A DNA stretch of 64,000 bases from Octopus sinensis. Taxonomy: Eukaryota. The stretch is from contig NC_042997.1 in the NCBI RefSeq assembly GCF_006345805.1, positions 140,678,001 through 140,742,000 on the forward strand, in the 5' to 3' direction. The translations under genes were made by a program, and so were the position numbers. The notes beneath the pieces were generated by a model, which saw only the letters and a list, made by a program, of their open reading frames with translations, made no database searches and had not been told where the DNA came from. Shown here in pieces: positions 34,924 through 48,690 of the stretch (position 1 is the first letter of the stretch; each line of letters begins with the position of its first letter).

Positions 34924-35250
34924 GGCGGCGAGCTGGCAGAAACGTTAGCACGCCGGCCGAAATGCGTAGCCGTATTTTGTCTGCCGCTACGTTCTGAGTC
35001 CAAATTCCGCCGAGGTCGACTTTGCCTTTCATCCTCTAGGGGGTCGATTAAATAAGTACCAGTTACGCACTGGGTTCGATATAATCGACTTAATCCGTTT
35101 GTCTGTCCTTGTTTGTCCTCTCTATGTTTAGCCTCTTGTGGGTAGTAAAGAAATAGGTATTTCCTCTGTCTTCGTGTTCTGAGTTCAAATTCCGCCGAGG
35201 TCGATTTTGCCTTTCATCCTTTCGGGATCAATAAAGTACCGGTTGCGTAC
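34924..35250 (+). mobile_element. SINE family A, head plus one unit plus partial second unit
   Basis: Junction AAAGAAATA|GGTATTTC at ~35150-35163. Confidence 0.85.
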
Positions 35251-35479
35251 TGAGGTAGAAAAGAATATAGAGATTAGAGTTAATCGACTGCAAACAGCTT
35301 CAATAAATTTCATGGCTATTGTGTTTGGGTTGTATATCATTGTAATTCACTTTGCACGACCGCAGTTCAATGACCGAAACAAGCAAGAGATGAAAGGTGG
35401 AGAAAGAGCACAAAGGATTTCCTAATCCTTAATGAGATTAACAACAATGAGACACAAATAGAAATAGCATGTGTGTGTT

Positions 35480-35510
<31 letters not shown>

Positions 35511-35593
35511 AGAGAAAGAAAAACTGGCAGAGAGAGAGAGAGAGAGACCGGCAGACAGATAGAAAAAGAGGAGAGAGAGACAGGCAGAGGCAG

Positions 35594-35625
<32 letters not shown>

Positions 35626-36118
35626 TCAGACAGACAGACAGACGCACTACAGAAATACAACAACGAAAAAGGTACCTAATATGGAATGGCTTAAATAATA
35701 AACGCTCGTTAAATTGTAAAGAATCAGTCGTTATAAAAACAGCACTACTTTCAACATTTGACTCTGACCCTAAAATAATTTTAGAAAGAAGCAAGACAAG
35801 AACCCCAAGTGAACTTCAGTCTATTCCTTTTATACCTGGCACTGATAGGTTTATTTAGCCAACGTGCTAAGCTATCCTTGATGCGAATACAAATGCCATG
35901 ATAGGTATGAAAAAAAAAAAAAATCAAGCATCTTTTTGTTCATGGATGATTTCAAGTTGTATATTGCTGACACAAATGACAGGAAACATTGCAATATACA
36001 TTAGGCGAATTCAAATGAGGATTTGACATAAAATTTGATTAAGAAAATTTGCTGGAGCAAACTTAACGAGAAAAAAATTAATCATCCCTCCCGTCTATCA
36101 TATTAAATGGAGAAATAA

Positions 36119-36700
36119 GGCGGCACACTGGCAGACTCGTTAGCTCTCTGGGCAAAATGCTTAGCCGTATTTCGTCTGCCGCTACGTTCTGAGTTCAAAT
36201 TCTGCCGAGGTCGACTTTGCCTTTCATCCTTTCTTGGTCGATAAAATAAGTACCAGTTATGCACTGGGATCGATATAATCGACTTAATCCGTTTGTCTGT
36301 CCTTGTTTGTCCTCTGTGTGTTTAGTCCCTTGTGGGTAGTAAAAAAAATAGGTATTTCGTCTGCTGATATATTGTGAGTTCAAATTCCGCCGAGGTCGAC
36401 TTTGCCTTTCATCCTTTCGGGATCGATTAAATAAGTACCAGTTACGCACTGGGGTCGATATAATCGACTTAATCCGTTTGTCTGTCCTTGTTTGTCCACT
36501 CTGTGTGTAGCCCCTTGTGGGTAGTAAAGAAATAGGTATTTCGTCCGCCTTTACGTTCTGAGTTTAAATGCCGCCAAGCTCGACTTTTCTTCCATCTTTT
36601 CAGGGTCGATAAAATAAGTACCAGTGGAGCACTGGGGTCGATGTAATCGACTTCTACCCTTCCCCTAAATTCTGGCCTTGTGCCAAAATTTGAAACCAAT
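36119..36700 (+). mobile_element. SINE family A trimer
   Basis: Head, two long-tail ~184-bp units, then a short-tail unit. Confidence 0.85.
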
Positions 36701-37778
36701 ATTAGAGAAATAGAGGTAAGATAATTAGACTGAAATAAAAGTTACAAATACTTAATTAATGAACCTGACGGAACACAACACACAGATAAAAGGCAGCTTT
36801 TACGCAAGAATATTTTAGACGCATTAAATTAATTCTTAATACACAGCTAAATAACCAAGAATAATAATGCACAATACTCTGGATGTCCCAGTAATACGTT
36901 TATAGCATTAACATTCTCAACTGGAATCTAAGTGAGTTAGAAAGACTTGATTGTAAAAACCAAAGATAATAAAAACATCTCTGAAAAGCCAACACAAAAG
37001 ATCATATTTACAGCGAAAACAGGCAGAGATCTGCTGCAAATTGAAGACAAAAAAAAATGATTTTCTGGCTTCAAGGAAGCCACAAAATATAAAACGGAGG
37101 CTGACAGGATAATGGAAAAACAACAGGAATGTGTAAGAATAAATAAACATACTCGAAACGAACTTTTAAATGGGATTACAGTGTGTCAAATCAAGAAGAT
37201 GTCAAGAAAAACCTCTGCATGACATACCTGATAATATCGGAGCAAAGCGTTAAGAAGATAAAGTAAAACTCAGCACCGGCTGGGAAGTACAAGACTGAAA
37301 GTTGAGACCGAAGGGGTTTTGATCGTAACAGATCAAATAGATTAAAACAGGCAACTCGAGTGATTTATTTATATTTCGTTTTAACAGCACGTTTAAAATA
37401 TAATTTAATCTACATAACAGTTATCTCTTTTTCTGTAGACTTACACCACGAACGAGATTTGTACTAAAATACCTTATGTTTATACATTGTAAAAGGGGTT
37501 ACGTTTGAATTGAAAACAAACCATGGAGGAGAGCACAAGAAAAAAAAAAGATAGAATGATAGCAATATTTTATAACTTTGTTATCTACGAGGTTGTAAAT
37601 AAGCAAAAGAACGGAACCTAGAAGAGGCTAACGATGACCAATCGATGACCAATGGCGAGAGGTCAAAACTCTATCAACATAACAGACTGCAAGAAAAAAA
37701 GAAAAGGCCCTGACGAATTGTAGGAAGAAATGCGACTAATTATTTAAATGTTTTTGGAAGAGAATAAAAAGAACAAAT

Positions 37779-37843
<65 letters not shown>

Positions 37844-38172
37844 GATCTATCTATCTATCGATCTATCTATCTATCTATCTGTCTGTCTGTCTGTCGGCCT
37901 GTCTGTCTGTCTGTCTGTCTGTCTGTCCATCTATCTATCATTCAACACGCGCGCGCGTGAGAATACACACACACAAAGAGTTTTTTTTATTTATTGAAAC
38001 TGAAATTGGAAGTTTATCTCGCGACTCGAGTTTCACGCCATTGTGATCCTCAGGTGAGAATTGTTACAACTCACTCTTGGTGGTATTTATATCGTTTGGT
38101 GTGCGAATGGACTAATGCTTGTTCCTTGGTTAGCTTTAATGTTATGTTTTCCTAGCCAACTCATTGGTTATG

Positions 38173-38992
38173 GGTGCTAGTATAGTTTGCGGTCTACCAC
38201 GTTCTCAAACAGTTAGGTTCAGTTAATAAAGGGAATCAATTATTCCATTATACAGACATTAACAACAAATTAAACTGCAAGCTGAGCCTGAGTGAGATTT
38301 TAGAACTAATATTTTTCTTTGTCATGGATATACCCATGATCACAGCAGTGACTCTAACAGGAAAATCTAAAAGTACAATAACTGACTGGTACAATATGTT
38401 TCGCGAGGTGTTTGGAGTCATAGTTTATCATGAACGTCAAGGGAAGATGGCTGGAACAAACGATAAACCCATTCAGATCGATGAAGCAAGATTTGCTGGT
38501 CGACGAAAATACAATTGAGGAAGAATGCTGAATGGCGACAATGCTCCTTTCTTCGAAGACAGTGATGCTGAACCACGAAACAACAGGAACTATGATCATA
38601 GAATTGATGGGCCGTGGGCTTTTGGTCTCAAACAAGGCTCAGACAGTCGATACTTTTGTGTGGAACGGCGTGACGGGAACAGTCTGATCCCAATTATTGA
38701 TAGAGAATGTGAAAATGGTTCAGTAATCCATTCAGATGAGTAGCCCGCTTATAATAATTTAAATGCCATAGGTTATCACCATCTGACAGTGAACCATCAA
38801 CGACATTATGTGGATCCAGTGACCGGAGCACACACTCAGGCCACTGAGTGATCATGGTGAGATGCTAAAACTATGATTCTGAAAAAAATATGATCTCTGA
38901 AATATCTGAAGTGTTTTATCTCTGAAATATCTGAAAGATAAGGTGGATAACCCTGTTTGACACCGTGGTAGACCGCATACTATACTAGCACC
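38173..38992 (+). mobile_element. Merlin (IS1595/ISXO2-like) DNA transposon, internally deleted, decayed transposase
   Basis: 40-bp TIR GGTGCTAGTATAGT(T/A)TGCGGTCTACCACG..TCAAACAG; TSD TTGGTTAT at 38164-38171 and 38993-39000. Single frame QIDEARFAGRRKYN*GR...WAFG...IHSDE*PAY..L...GYHH.TVNH...YVDP.TGAHTQATE*SW. Confidence 0.9.
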
Positions 38993-39369
38993 TTGGTTAT
39001 ATTATAATTTTGTGATATGGTGTTTGTATTTCTCGCAAGTTTAAGTGAGAGCATGTGTTATTAATTTGTTTAAGATTTGTTGGTGTGATGGTGATGGGGC
39101 GTGTTTCGTTATCGTGTGTATGTGTGCGTGTATGTGTGTGCGTGCGTGTGTGTGTGTTTGTGCTCGCGTGCGTGTAAGGTTTTAGATAAATGTTTTTGAG
39201 AAAGGTTCTCTATGAAAGGGTTATAGGGGTTATTTGTCCTTAATTTTTCAAATGACCTATTCATAAACATCCTTTCGCAAAATTCAGAAAGTAAAAAGAA
39301 AACGGAAACACAATTACTCTCTATGTTGATTTTATATTATGGAAATGCATACACACACACACACGCACA

Positions 39370-39408
<39 letters not shown>

Positions 39409-39870
39409 ACACACTCTCTCTCTCTCTTTCTCTCTCTCTTGCACAAACCATTTCCTGTCCCTCTCTCTCTCTCTTGCACAAACTGTTTCTTCTCTCCCAT
39501 CTCTCTCTCTCTCTCTCACTCTCTCTCCCTCTCTTTTCATATACAAACAATTTGCTACCTCTTCCTCTGTCTCTATGATTCTTTCTCTCTCACCGTTTGT
39601 GTGTGTGTTTGTAACATACTCAATGCCAGCTGCCAAGCCAAATACGTGTACTCATCCTGCGCCTCTTAAGCTATCACTGTATTTCTTTAACTCTTTTTCT
39701 CTCTCCATTTCTCCATACAATATAAAGCGTGACAGTCGGAATAAGTCAGTCAACTAGCCAACCAGCTTACTCAACTAGCACTTATACCGGTTACTTTCTC
39801 TCTCCTCAATATATTCATTATATATAATATATATATATACTCTCTATGTTGATTTTATATTATGGAAATG

Positions 39871-39952
<82 letters not shown>

Positions 39953-40436
39953 CACACACACTCTCTCTCTTTCTCTCTCTCTCTTGCACGGGTTTGGCCA
40001 TGGGCTCTTAGGAGCCTAGTTCGATTTGTTTTGCTCCGCCTCTGTTCTGTTTTTGTTTTTTCCAACGGATTTCCTATTTCTTCCTGAAGAGAAAGACACA
40101 ATATGGTCTCATTATTCAATCGGATTTTGGTAAATTGTGCCTTTCGAAACACGTGTAGAATGAAATAAAACGATTTCTGTTCAATCTTCGTTCAGCTCCA
40201 TTTCTTCAATTCACTAATAATATTAAAATTCAATTATCCGCACCAACGCACGGTTGCAACACCATATGGTTGTACCTCCAACCGTGCTGTCTTCTGCTGT
40301 GATTTTTGCTACCAAGGTATCGGTTAAACTTTTGATTAATCTGCTACAAGATTATTCATCTTTCTATTTCATATATATATATATATATATAATATATAGA
40401 GGGAATTTTTTAATCTCCTTGTTTTATCTGTGTCCC

Positions 40437-40470
40437 TTTCTGTAGAAGAGCGTAGGCTCGAAACGTAAAA
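40437..40470 (+). ncRNA. Hammerhead-like motif with variant core (CUGUAGA) in a short TA-embedded repeat
   Basis: UUU-CUGUAGA-A-GAGC(GUAG)GCUC-GAAA-CG-UA|AAA; same family at 48967. Confidence 0.4.
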
Positions 40471-40564
40471 AACTTTTTCTATTCCTGAGCGTTATACTAA
40501 TACATCTGTTTGTTTTCTTCACCACCTGTCTTCGTCTTTTTTTTTTTGTAAACTCTCCCTATAC

Positions 40565-40645
<81 letters not shown>

Positions 40646-41619
40646 CATATATGGGTACAGGATGTCACAAACAGTAAACAATATGAAATACGCAAACAAA
40701 AGAGTTGAATACGCAAACCACAATAGAAACAAATGGAAAACAGGGCAAGTAATATAAAGAAAGACCTTTCATCAGTTGTCGGTTGTCTATCTACCCCTCA
40801 TTTCGAGCACTGAATGACAATATGAGTTTTCGAAGGCAGTTGCTCCCACAAATACCAAAATAAAATTTGGGATTTATGGAAGTTCAAAGTTGGGAACAAA
40901 AACTGGACAGTGGAGAGATACAAGGAAACCGAACGAAAACAAACATGGAGTGTCGTTAGCCCAGAACGAGGGTAAAATTGCGAACGCTGGAGAAATATTT
41001 TCTTTCACAAGAGAAAAGATAGAAGAGGGAGATAAATAGGATACGTCCAGCCTCAAGGACAGCTCTGAAGGAAAAGAAAGATGAACCGTGTGAGCAACGA
41101 GAGAGTGTAAAGGAGAAAGAGGGAGGGAGAGAGAGAGATAGAGAGATAGAGAGATAGAAAACAGTGAAGGGGAGAAAAATGGAATTAGAGAAAGGATGAG
41201 AGAGAAACGGTAGGGGGAGAGAACAGTATAGGGTAGAGTCGTATGGTGTTCTAATATCAGTGACTTAGCATGCATAAAAACCCATAACAATCAAAAATTT
41301 ATCAATTAATAATAATTAAGGGTACTGACAAGTAGTACCGGTATGCTAAATACAATAGTCAAAATGACCAGACCACAAATATTCACTTAAACACAAACGT
41401 GAAAGCAGGAAATGAATAAAAATCCTAAAACCCCGTACTAATGACGAAAATAATCGAAAATTGAAAAAATCAGACATACCAATATCATCGTGATTTCGAA
41501 CTTTTGAGAAAACTTCTTAGTTCATCATCAAAACAATGTTGCCTGCACAGGTGCACAAGTATGCCACACGCCAGATATCGAAATGTTCGCAGAGCTACGT
41601 GAAATGAAATATTTTACTG

Positions 41620-41942
41620 AAGAACACAACGCACCACTCGTAAACTTATGTTTTGCTCATGGCAGCGTTCTTGTAAGCTGTTTGAAGCGTGACAAGTGTT
41701 TCGGCCGCTGTTTTCCACAGCAGAAAACAGAATTTCACGGAAGCACGCTGTCCCTTCATTTCAACCATCGCAAAATCGGGGAACAGCGGAGAAGCTGCAA
41801 AACGAAGGGGCATCATATAGCCGTAGGACTACACTCGATGACGCCGGTCGGCAGACTGATGCCTGAAGGTCGCATCAAGTAGTTTCTAGCAGTGGAAGCT
41901 TGTCCCACAGAGTACGTTTCCGGTTACTTTTGGCTATCCCTC

Positions 41943-41943
<1 letters not shown>
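41620..41943 (-). mobile_element. mariner element 5' fragment
   Basis: Minus TA|CGAGGGATAGCCAAAAGTAACCGG TIR; MVEMKGQRASVKFCFLLWKTAAETLVTLQTAYKNAAMSKT*VYEW (Mos1-type HTH) starting at 41768. Confidence 0.8.
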
Positions 41944-41992
<49 letters not shown>

Positions 41993-43079
41993 TGTGTGTG
42001 TGTGAACATGACGAACATGACATTTTTATGAGACTAATTTCATAGACATGTGCTCAATCCCCACCCAACTTGGAAAACTAGTACATTGCTCTATATCAGA
42101 CTTCTACACTTTGTCCTATCCGGCTTAGTCGGTCCTATCAGGAGACTTGGGCCCCAGTCTTCTTTGCGCTTGGAGTTCGTGACAAGGTGTTGATCCATGT
42201 GAAGGAGATTTTTTTTTAGAATAAAACTTAAAATACATTTAGTGATTTGGATCAATGAATTAAATCGTTACACTATATAATGGAACATATCGAATTCACC
42301 TCGAAGAGATGAAAGTGAACTTCAGAAGGTTTTGAAATCAAAATGTCAAAGAACGTAACTCGATACTGGCAGGACTTTAAAATACAGTCGATTACACTAT
42401 TTATCGCTTCATCGCTCTTCTTGTCAGTCAAAATCAAGTGAATAGCGTCTCATATTTAGTAACTCTGACGCAAAATGCCTTTCAGTTAGTACAGTTTAAA
42501 TGGAAGTTAGATTACGAGTTGTGCCCGTATAACTGTTCAAACACAAACAGTTTCATAAAGGCGTGGTATGCTTTAAATAAAACAGTTTGTTTGCTTTCAG
42601 TGAAAAGTAGACAAACAATATAACGGAGAGAAAATAGCTCAAAGGGAGCGTTCTGCATACCAAAATACAAACACGGTTGAGTGTCAAAGATATTCTAAGT
42701 TGAATAACTTAGATAAGCTGAGAGCTACTAAGTAATGTTAGTCGATAAAAAAAAAAAAGACTTCTTCTGAGAATGATTAAAATCTTAAACAATAAGCAAG
42801 GTACATAATTCCAATAAGATCAGATGATCAGAAAATTTTTTAACAATATAGTTAACGAGGATTGGAGGAGATAAAGTCTTTGTAAGTGCTATGATCTTAT
42901 TAAACTTCATCAGCAGAGAATATTCAACACAGTTGGCAAAATTAATCATACATACATACGTACATATGTGCGTATGTGTGTGCATGTACGTATGCATGTA
43001 TGTATGTATGTAGTATGTATGTATGTATGTATGTATGTATGTATGTATGTATGTATGTATGTATGTATGTATGTATGTA

Positions 43080-43122
<43 letters not shown>

Positions 43123-43140
43123 TATATATTATATATATAT

Positions 43141-43174
<34 letters not shown>

Positions 43175-45211
43175 ATATATATATATATATAAATCTGTAT
43201 CTGTGTGTGTGTGTATTTATTTATATATCAAAGGACGTTGATTGGGAATATCTACAATTTGGTTGAAGGAATATATTTTAAGAGGATGAATATTTCTATG
43301 AGTGAGTGATGTAATAGTGAAGTGGAACAAGAACAACAGCTACAACAACGAGCACAACAACAGCAGCAGCAGCAACAACAATAAGGACAGCAAGAGGAGA
43401 ACATCACCCCACCCCCAACCCGAAAAGAAAAATAAGATCTACGAGAAGAGCGCAATAAATAAAGCAAAGAAAAGAGAGAGATGTGTCTCGGTAGGCGTTA
43501 AGAAATCGCAAATGACACACCCTTGATATAAAACGAAGTGTTATCACTTACGGTAACCAAACTGGTTGCCCCCAGTTCTCTGTAGCTGCTGAATTTGTTG
43601 AACATATTGGCTGCTTGTTTCTCTGGAATTGGTCAAACCGATGTAAATGCTTCTGATGAGAAAACAATAAGTCCGAAAATTGATCAAAAGCTGTTCATCA
43701 TTTTTTTTCCTACTCTACAGGGAAATGGTTAAATTATATATTAACTACACAGGTTAGATATATTATTATATAATACCTCAACACTGTGTGGACTGTGATC
43801 CCTATTTACAGGACCTTGATATTAAATAAAGTATTTGTACTTACGGCATGCAAATTAGTTGCACCTGTTTTCTGTGGTTAGCCTTTATACTCAGATTATA
43901 AATTTACATGTATACAAATAATAATTTACGGACTTGATTTTATTAGTAAAGGCCTAATTGATAATCTGGGAAAGCTAATGTTTTCGGGGGTGGGGATCAA
44001 CCAGTTAATTCGCACATAAAAGATACAATTTGTAAGTGGAACAGTAAAAGCATACGAGACTTTTCTCAAGTTCAACAAGTGACGATTTTGTTACCTACAT
44101 TCCAACAATGGAGAATCTTTATAGTAGTTGTTACTTTCTGAAGAATTAGTTCCGGTTTATTAAACAAATGAAGGAGCCTCTACATGGTCGATCAACTAGC
44201 TAGAAATAGTAACCAAATCTCTCGAACTATTCCAGTCTTAAAAAATGAAAAGGAATGTCAAATTGAATTTTTCAAATAAAGTCAGAATGTTCATGGATGA
44301 AAACCCTTCAATCAATGATGATAAATTTGCTCAGCAAGTGCAGACCTGGAACGTAACAACAACTACAGCAACAGTAACCAATTCTGCGAGCCAACTCTAG
44401 AGTCTTTTAGCAGTTGCTCGAGCTCTAGAAGTAGCAGCCAGGTGGTCTTAACAATAACCTCTTCCATTCCACTACCGTCTTAGGGATGGATACGTTGGCT
44501 TACATGGGACTAGCTTTTCGGCATATTAGGAAAAAAACCAACAAAAAACGGATTAGTCACAGCTGAAATGTATTTGATTAGAAGTCTACTCGATCAGAGA
44601 TGACTTGAAGGCTAAACGACTACGTATTTGATGTCATAAAAGACACACTATTGTATTAGACTTACCTCAGTTTCAACATTCGTTTCAACATTCGGAAAAA
44701 AAAATTAGTTCATTAAAGCTTACGGAAGCCCAATTTCGCTTAGAAGACTCGGGGTTAATTTTTGAGACTTTTTTTTTAGGAAAAAAATGTCTTATATGCT
44801 ATCAAGTACAGTAATTCTGCGAGGCAATCGGTGGTTCTTTACGATTAAAATTTGTGCCATAAAATTGGTTACATTTCTGCAAGACACAAAATATTTCAAC
44901 AAATTTTTTATACAATTCTTAATGATATTCATGTATAAAAAAAATTGGTTTTAAAAGTTTTAAATTTTGGCACAAGGAAGAGCAAGTCGATTACATCGAC
45001 CCCAGTACTCATACTTATTTTATCGACCCGAAGAGGGATGAGAGGCATAGTCGATCTTGGTAGAATTTGAACTCAGAACGTAAAGACGGATGAAATGCCG
45101 CTAAGCATTTCGACCGGCATACTTACGAAATGAATTACCCTCCCTTTCCCCCCCTGCAAAGCAAACAGCGGCTTGGCTGCCAGCATCAATTCTGTTCGAA
45201 TTGATTTCATA

Positions 45212-45775
45212 TTCAGTGTAATAATAATAATGAAATTATTGTATACAGTGCTCAGATGAACCACAACTTGTCAAAAGTGCGTATAAAGCGTATGCAGTAA
45301 TGTACAAATGTCTGGGAAGTGAACAGTGTATGAGTCAGATACATGCTTGCGTGTGTGTGGAGGGGAGAAAATCAGGTGTAGTGTTGGCGAATCTCAGGAA
45401 GCATGGAAGTTTTGAAGGATGCAGTGCTCCGACAACTGACAACTGATGCCGGCAGTTTGTTCCATGCTTCAGCAACTCTTAGCGTGAAAAAATGTTTCCG
45501 AAAGTCATGGGAGCTGTGCTGTTTTCTGACTTTGTAAACATGTCTGTGGGCGTTAGACAGGTGGAGTTTGAAAAGGTGCTCAGATTTATTGTTTGTAAGA
45601 TGGTTAATAATTTTATGGGTGTCTGCCAAGTCAGCTGCCAGACGTTGGAGTTTCAATGTGTCCATGCCCAGGGAAGGAAGGCGTTCAGAATATGGCAAAT
45701 GCCTGATGGAGGGTACTCTCTTGGTTGCACGTTGCTGAACAGTTTCCGGACGGAAAGTGTAATGATACACTTTTA
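45212..45775 (-). mobile_element. CR1-clade LINE 3' end with (ATT)n tail
   Basis: ORF 45372-45770 VQQRATK...LPYSERL..L.MDTL..QRLAADL...KII...RKHFFTLRVAEAWNKLPASVVS..S..SFK, followed by 3' UTR and tail. Confidence 0.9.
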
Positions 45776-45999
45776 TAGGTAAATTAATAACGTGGAAGTA
45801 ATTTTCGCTATAAATCGATAAATAAAGAGTTATTAGCCATTAAAGTTTGAAAATTTTGGTCATTTTATCCAATCGTAGGCCGCCATTTACAATAATAGGA
45901 TTTTATTTAAACATTGAATGGCTAGGAGGCCCCAGTAGAGTAGAATAGGAATCAAAGGGGTCCATAGGCAAAAAATGGTTGAGAACCACTGATTCACAT

Positions 46000-46630
46000 A
46001 GCCACTCGACTTGCTAGAAATAACTGCGAAATCTACCTGAAACCTAACACCCAACATCTTTAACAGTAAAAAAGTAGTGGAGTCGGGAAGACGAAACAGC
46101 AGATGATATAACTCTAAAAGACGAAATAGTCACGGCTGGGGTGCATTTGATTAGAAGTCTGCTCAATCTGAGATGACTTAGATGTTAACCTAAAAATGCG
46201 AGCTGTCTTTTCGTGATCGCTAAACTTGCTAGAAATAAGTGCAAAATATATCTCAAAACTAGCCCCCGTGTCTTTAACTAAAAATGCAATAGTGGGGTGT
46301 GGGGCGAGGACGCATGAGATAAGGTAGTTCTAGATATTCATATAAGACGGAATGGTCGCGGTTGGAATGCTCTTGATTAGAGATGACTTAAATGTTAATC
46401 TGATTCTACGAGCTGTCTTTTCGTAGTCATTAGATTTGCAAGAAATAACTGCGAAATCTACCTCAAAACTAGCCTTCCGCCTCCCACACCCCACACACTC
46501 AATGCCGTCTTTAACAATTAATTGAAATAAGGGTCGGGGAGAGAAGGATACGTCAGATAATGCAGTTCTAGACAACCCTAAAAGACGGAATGGTCGCGGT
46601 TGGATTGTAATTGATCATAGGTCTGCTCGT
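46000..46630. repeat. Three diverged ~210-bp tandem units of a dispersed repeat
   Basis: Recurrent CTTGCTAGAAATAA(C/G)TGC(G/A)AAAT.TA.CT.AAA and AAGACG(G/A)AAT(G/A)GTC.CGG blocks; related single copies at ~6540, 44170, 44390 and 47240(-). Confidence 0.65.
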
Positions 46631-47910
46631 TCATAATCTCTCCCAGATTACATAGGAACCCAACAATATCAACGACAAATAACAATGAACAACATAAAAA
46701 AAAGACAGTCATTAGACGTAATAAGAGATATGCTTCCTCCCCATCGTCACCTCATCGCCCCGGGGTGCTTTGACGATAAAAAGAAGATTAAAGGAAAAAA
46801 AAAATGAAAAACAAAAGAAAAAAAAGAAAAACAAAAGAAAAAAAGAAACGAAAAGAAAATATCAGGAATCCGTCACCATCCTGTTCTCCATCTTCCACTT
46901 GAGGAAATGAATGGAGGGGGCATAGCTCCCCCTTCATCTTCCACTTGAGGAAGGAGAAATGCTATTTCTTGCGGTAATTCGTATTAAGTCACCGCGAATA
47001 CAAGAGGCACACGAACCAGCAGAGGTGGTAAAGTGGTACAAGTAGGTGGGGGAGGTGAGGTACTAATGGTAGAATTTCTTACTGTTGTTGTTGTTGTTGC
47101 AATTTAGCCCAAGGTAAAATCTGGTCGAGCGAACCTATAACTAAAGCGTTTCAACCGTGATCGTCCTGGCTTTTTTTTTTACCCCCTGCGTATACTGGAT
47201 TCCCTAGAACTAATTACATTGTCCGGCGTGACGTCTCTATTTTAAAATTTTAATGACAGCAGGCTCTGTTTTAAGGGAGATTTGGCTGCTATTTCTAGCA
47301 GGTCGAATGACCAAGTAGAAGCTGCCTTGTCGACTGCTGCTGATAGTGGGTTTATGAAAGGAAGTGCACCCCCTCCCTACCGTTCTTTCCTTCCTGTCTC
47401 TCCTCTGCCTTCTTCTGCTCCATGTCAACACTCACACCGCCGCCCTCCAACAATCGACTCTTTCCATTCTACTTTCATGTCTTAGGCCGCTGTTTGCTTT
47501 GCAGGGGGAAGAGGAGGGTAATTCATTTTATTGCTTTATAAACTTCCTTTCACTTTGGCCTCCTTCACCTTCACATCCTCTCTCGCTTTCTCTCTTTCTC
47601 TCTTTCTCTCTCTCCCTCTCTCTCCTTTTCTCTTCCTTTCTCTCTTACGTCCATTGTATCAGATTTTTATGTATGTAAATCCTTCCATCCATCCATCCAT
47701 CCATCCATCCATACATACATACATACATACATCCGTCCTTCTGTACGTCCATCCAACAATCCACCAAGTACTTCATCAATCCATCCGTCCATCCGTCCGT
47801 CCGTCCGCTAGAGTGGGCCATGGTGCTCCATATATGACTAAAAGACTTCACCAAGCGGTGCTTATCAAGTAAGAGGTGGCCTGGGCCTATACTACCCGAA
47901 ACCTAGCAAA

Positions 47911-47963
<53 letters not shown>

Positions 47964-48098
47964 ATATATATATCACAATCAAGGAACGGCCATAATAGGC
48001 CATTCACCCACTAGAATAACAGCCAAAAAGCTTCAACCGCAAAATAACATTAATTCTGTAAACCAGGAGAAAATTAAAAAAACATTTACCCTGAAATT

Positions 48099-48199
48099 CC
48101 TTATACGATGCACCGTTTCGTCTACTGTTTAATGGTAAGCTAACCTGATTAAATTAAATCAAGCCAATCTACCATAGGCCCTTAGATTCATCAGTAAGG
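48099..48199 (-). ncRNA. Type I hammerhead ribozyme motif, unit 1
   Basis: CCUUA-CUGAUGA-AUCUA...UAGAC-GAAA-CGGUGCAUCG-UA|UAAGG; long rod-like stem II; near-palindromic stem III. Confidence 0.75.
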
Positions 48200-48589
48200 A
48201 ATAGCCAAATCGGAACAGATATTTTTCACGAGGCATTCACGTCCATGCCTCGCCAATATCTGACCTAAAATTTTCAAATCGTCGCACTCGCGCCAATTTA
48301 TCGGCAGCAAATAAATATAAGCCGCCGATTCCATTACGGAACTAACCAGAAAATTCATAATTAATCAATATAGGGAGGCAAAAAAATTTTGTAGAATTCT
48401 TTTGCCCCCAGCGGCCTAGTGGGAAAAAATTAAATAGTCATAAACCATTTTTAAGTTCAATATCACAATCAAGGAACGGCCATAATAGGCCATTCACCCA
48501 CTAGAAATAACAGCCAAAAAGCTTCAACCGCAAAATAACATTAATTCTGTAAACCAGGAGAAAATTAAAAAAACATTTACCCTGAAATT

Positions 48590-48690
48590 CCTTATACGAT
48601 GCACCGTTTCGTCTACTGTTTAATGGTAAGCTAACCTGATTAAATTAAATCAAGCCAATCTACCATAGGCCCTTAGATTCATCAGTAAGG
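48590..48690 (-). ncRNA. Type I hammerhead ribozyme motif, unit 2
   Basis: Identical to unit 1, offset 491 nt. Confidence 0.75.

Noticed and set aside
43648-43691. CTGATGA...CGAAA hammerhead-like string
   Set aside because: Stems II and III do not pair adequately; treated as chance. The same applies to CTGATGA at ~54522 and ~58437.
46000-46630. CRISPR-like or functional array
   Set aside because: Long diverged units of a dispersed eukaryotic repeat; no repeat-spacer structure.
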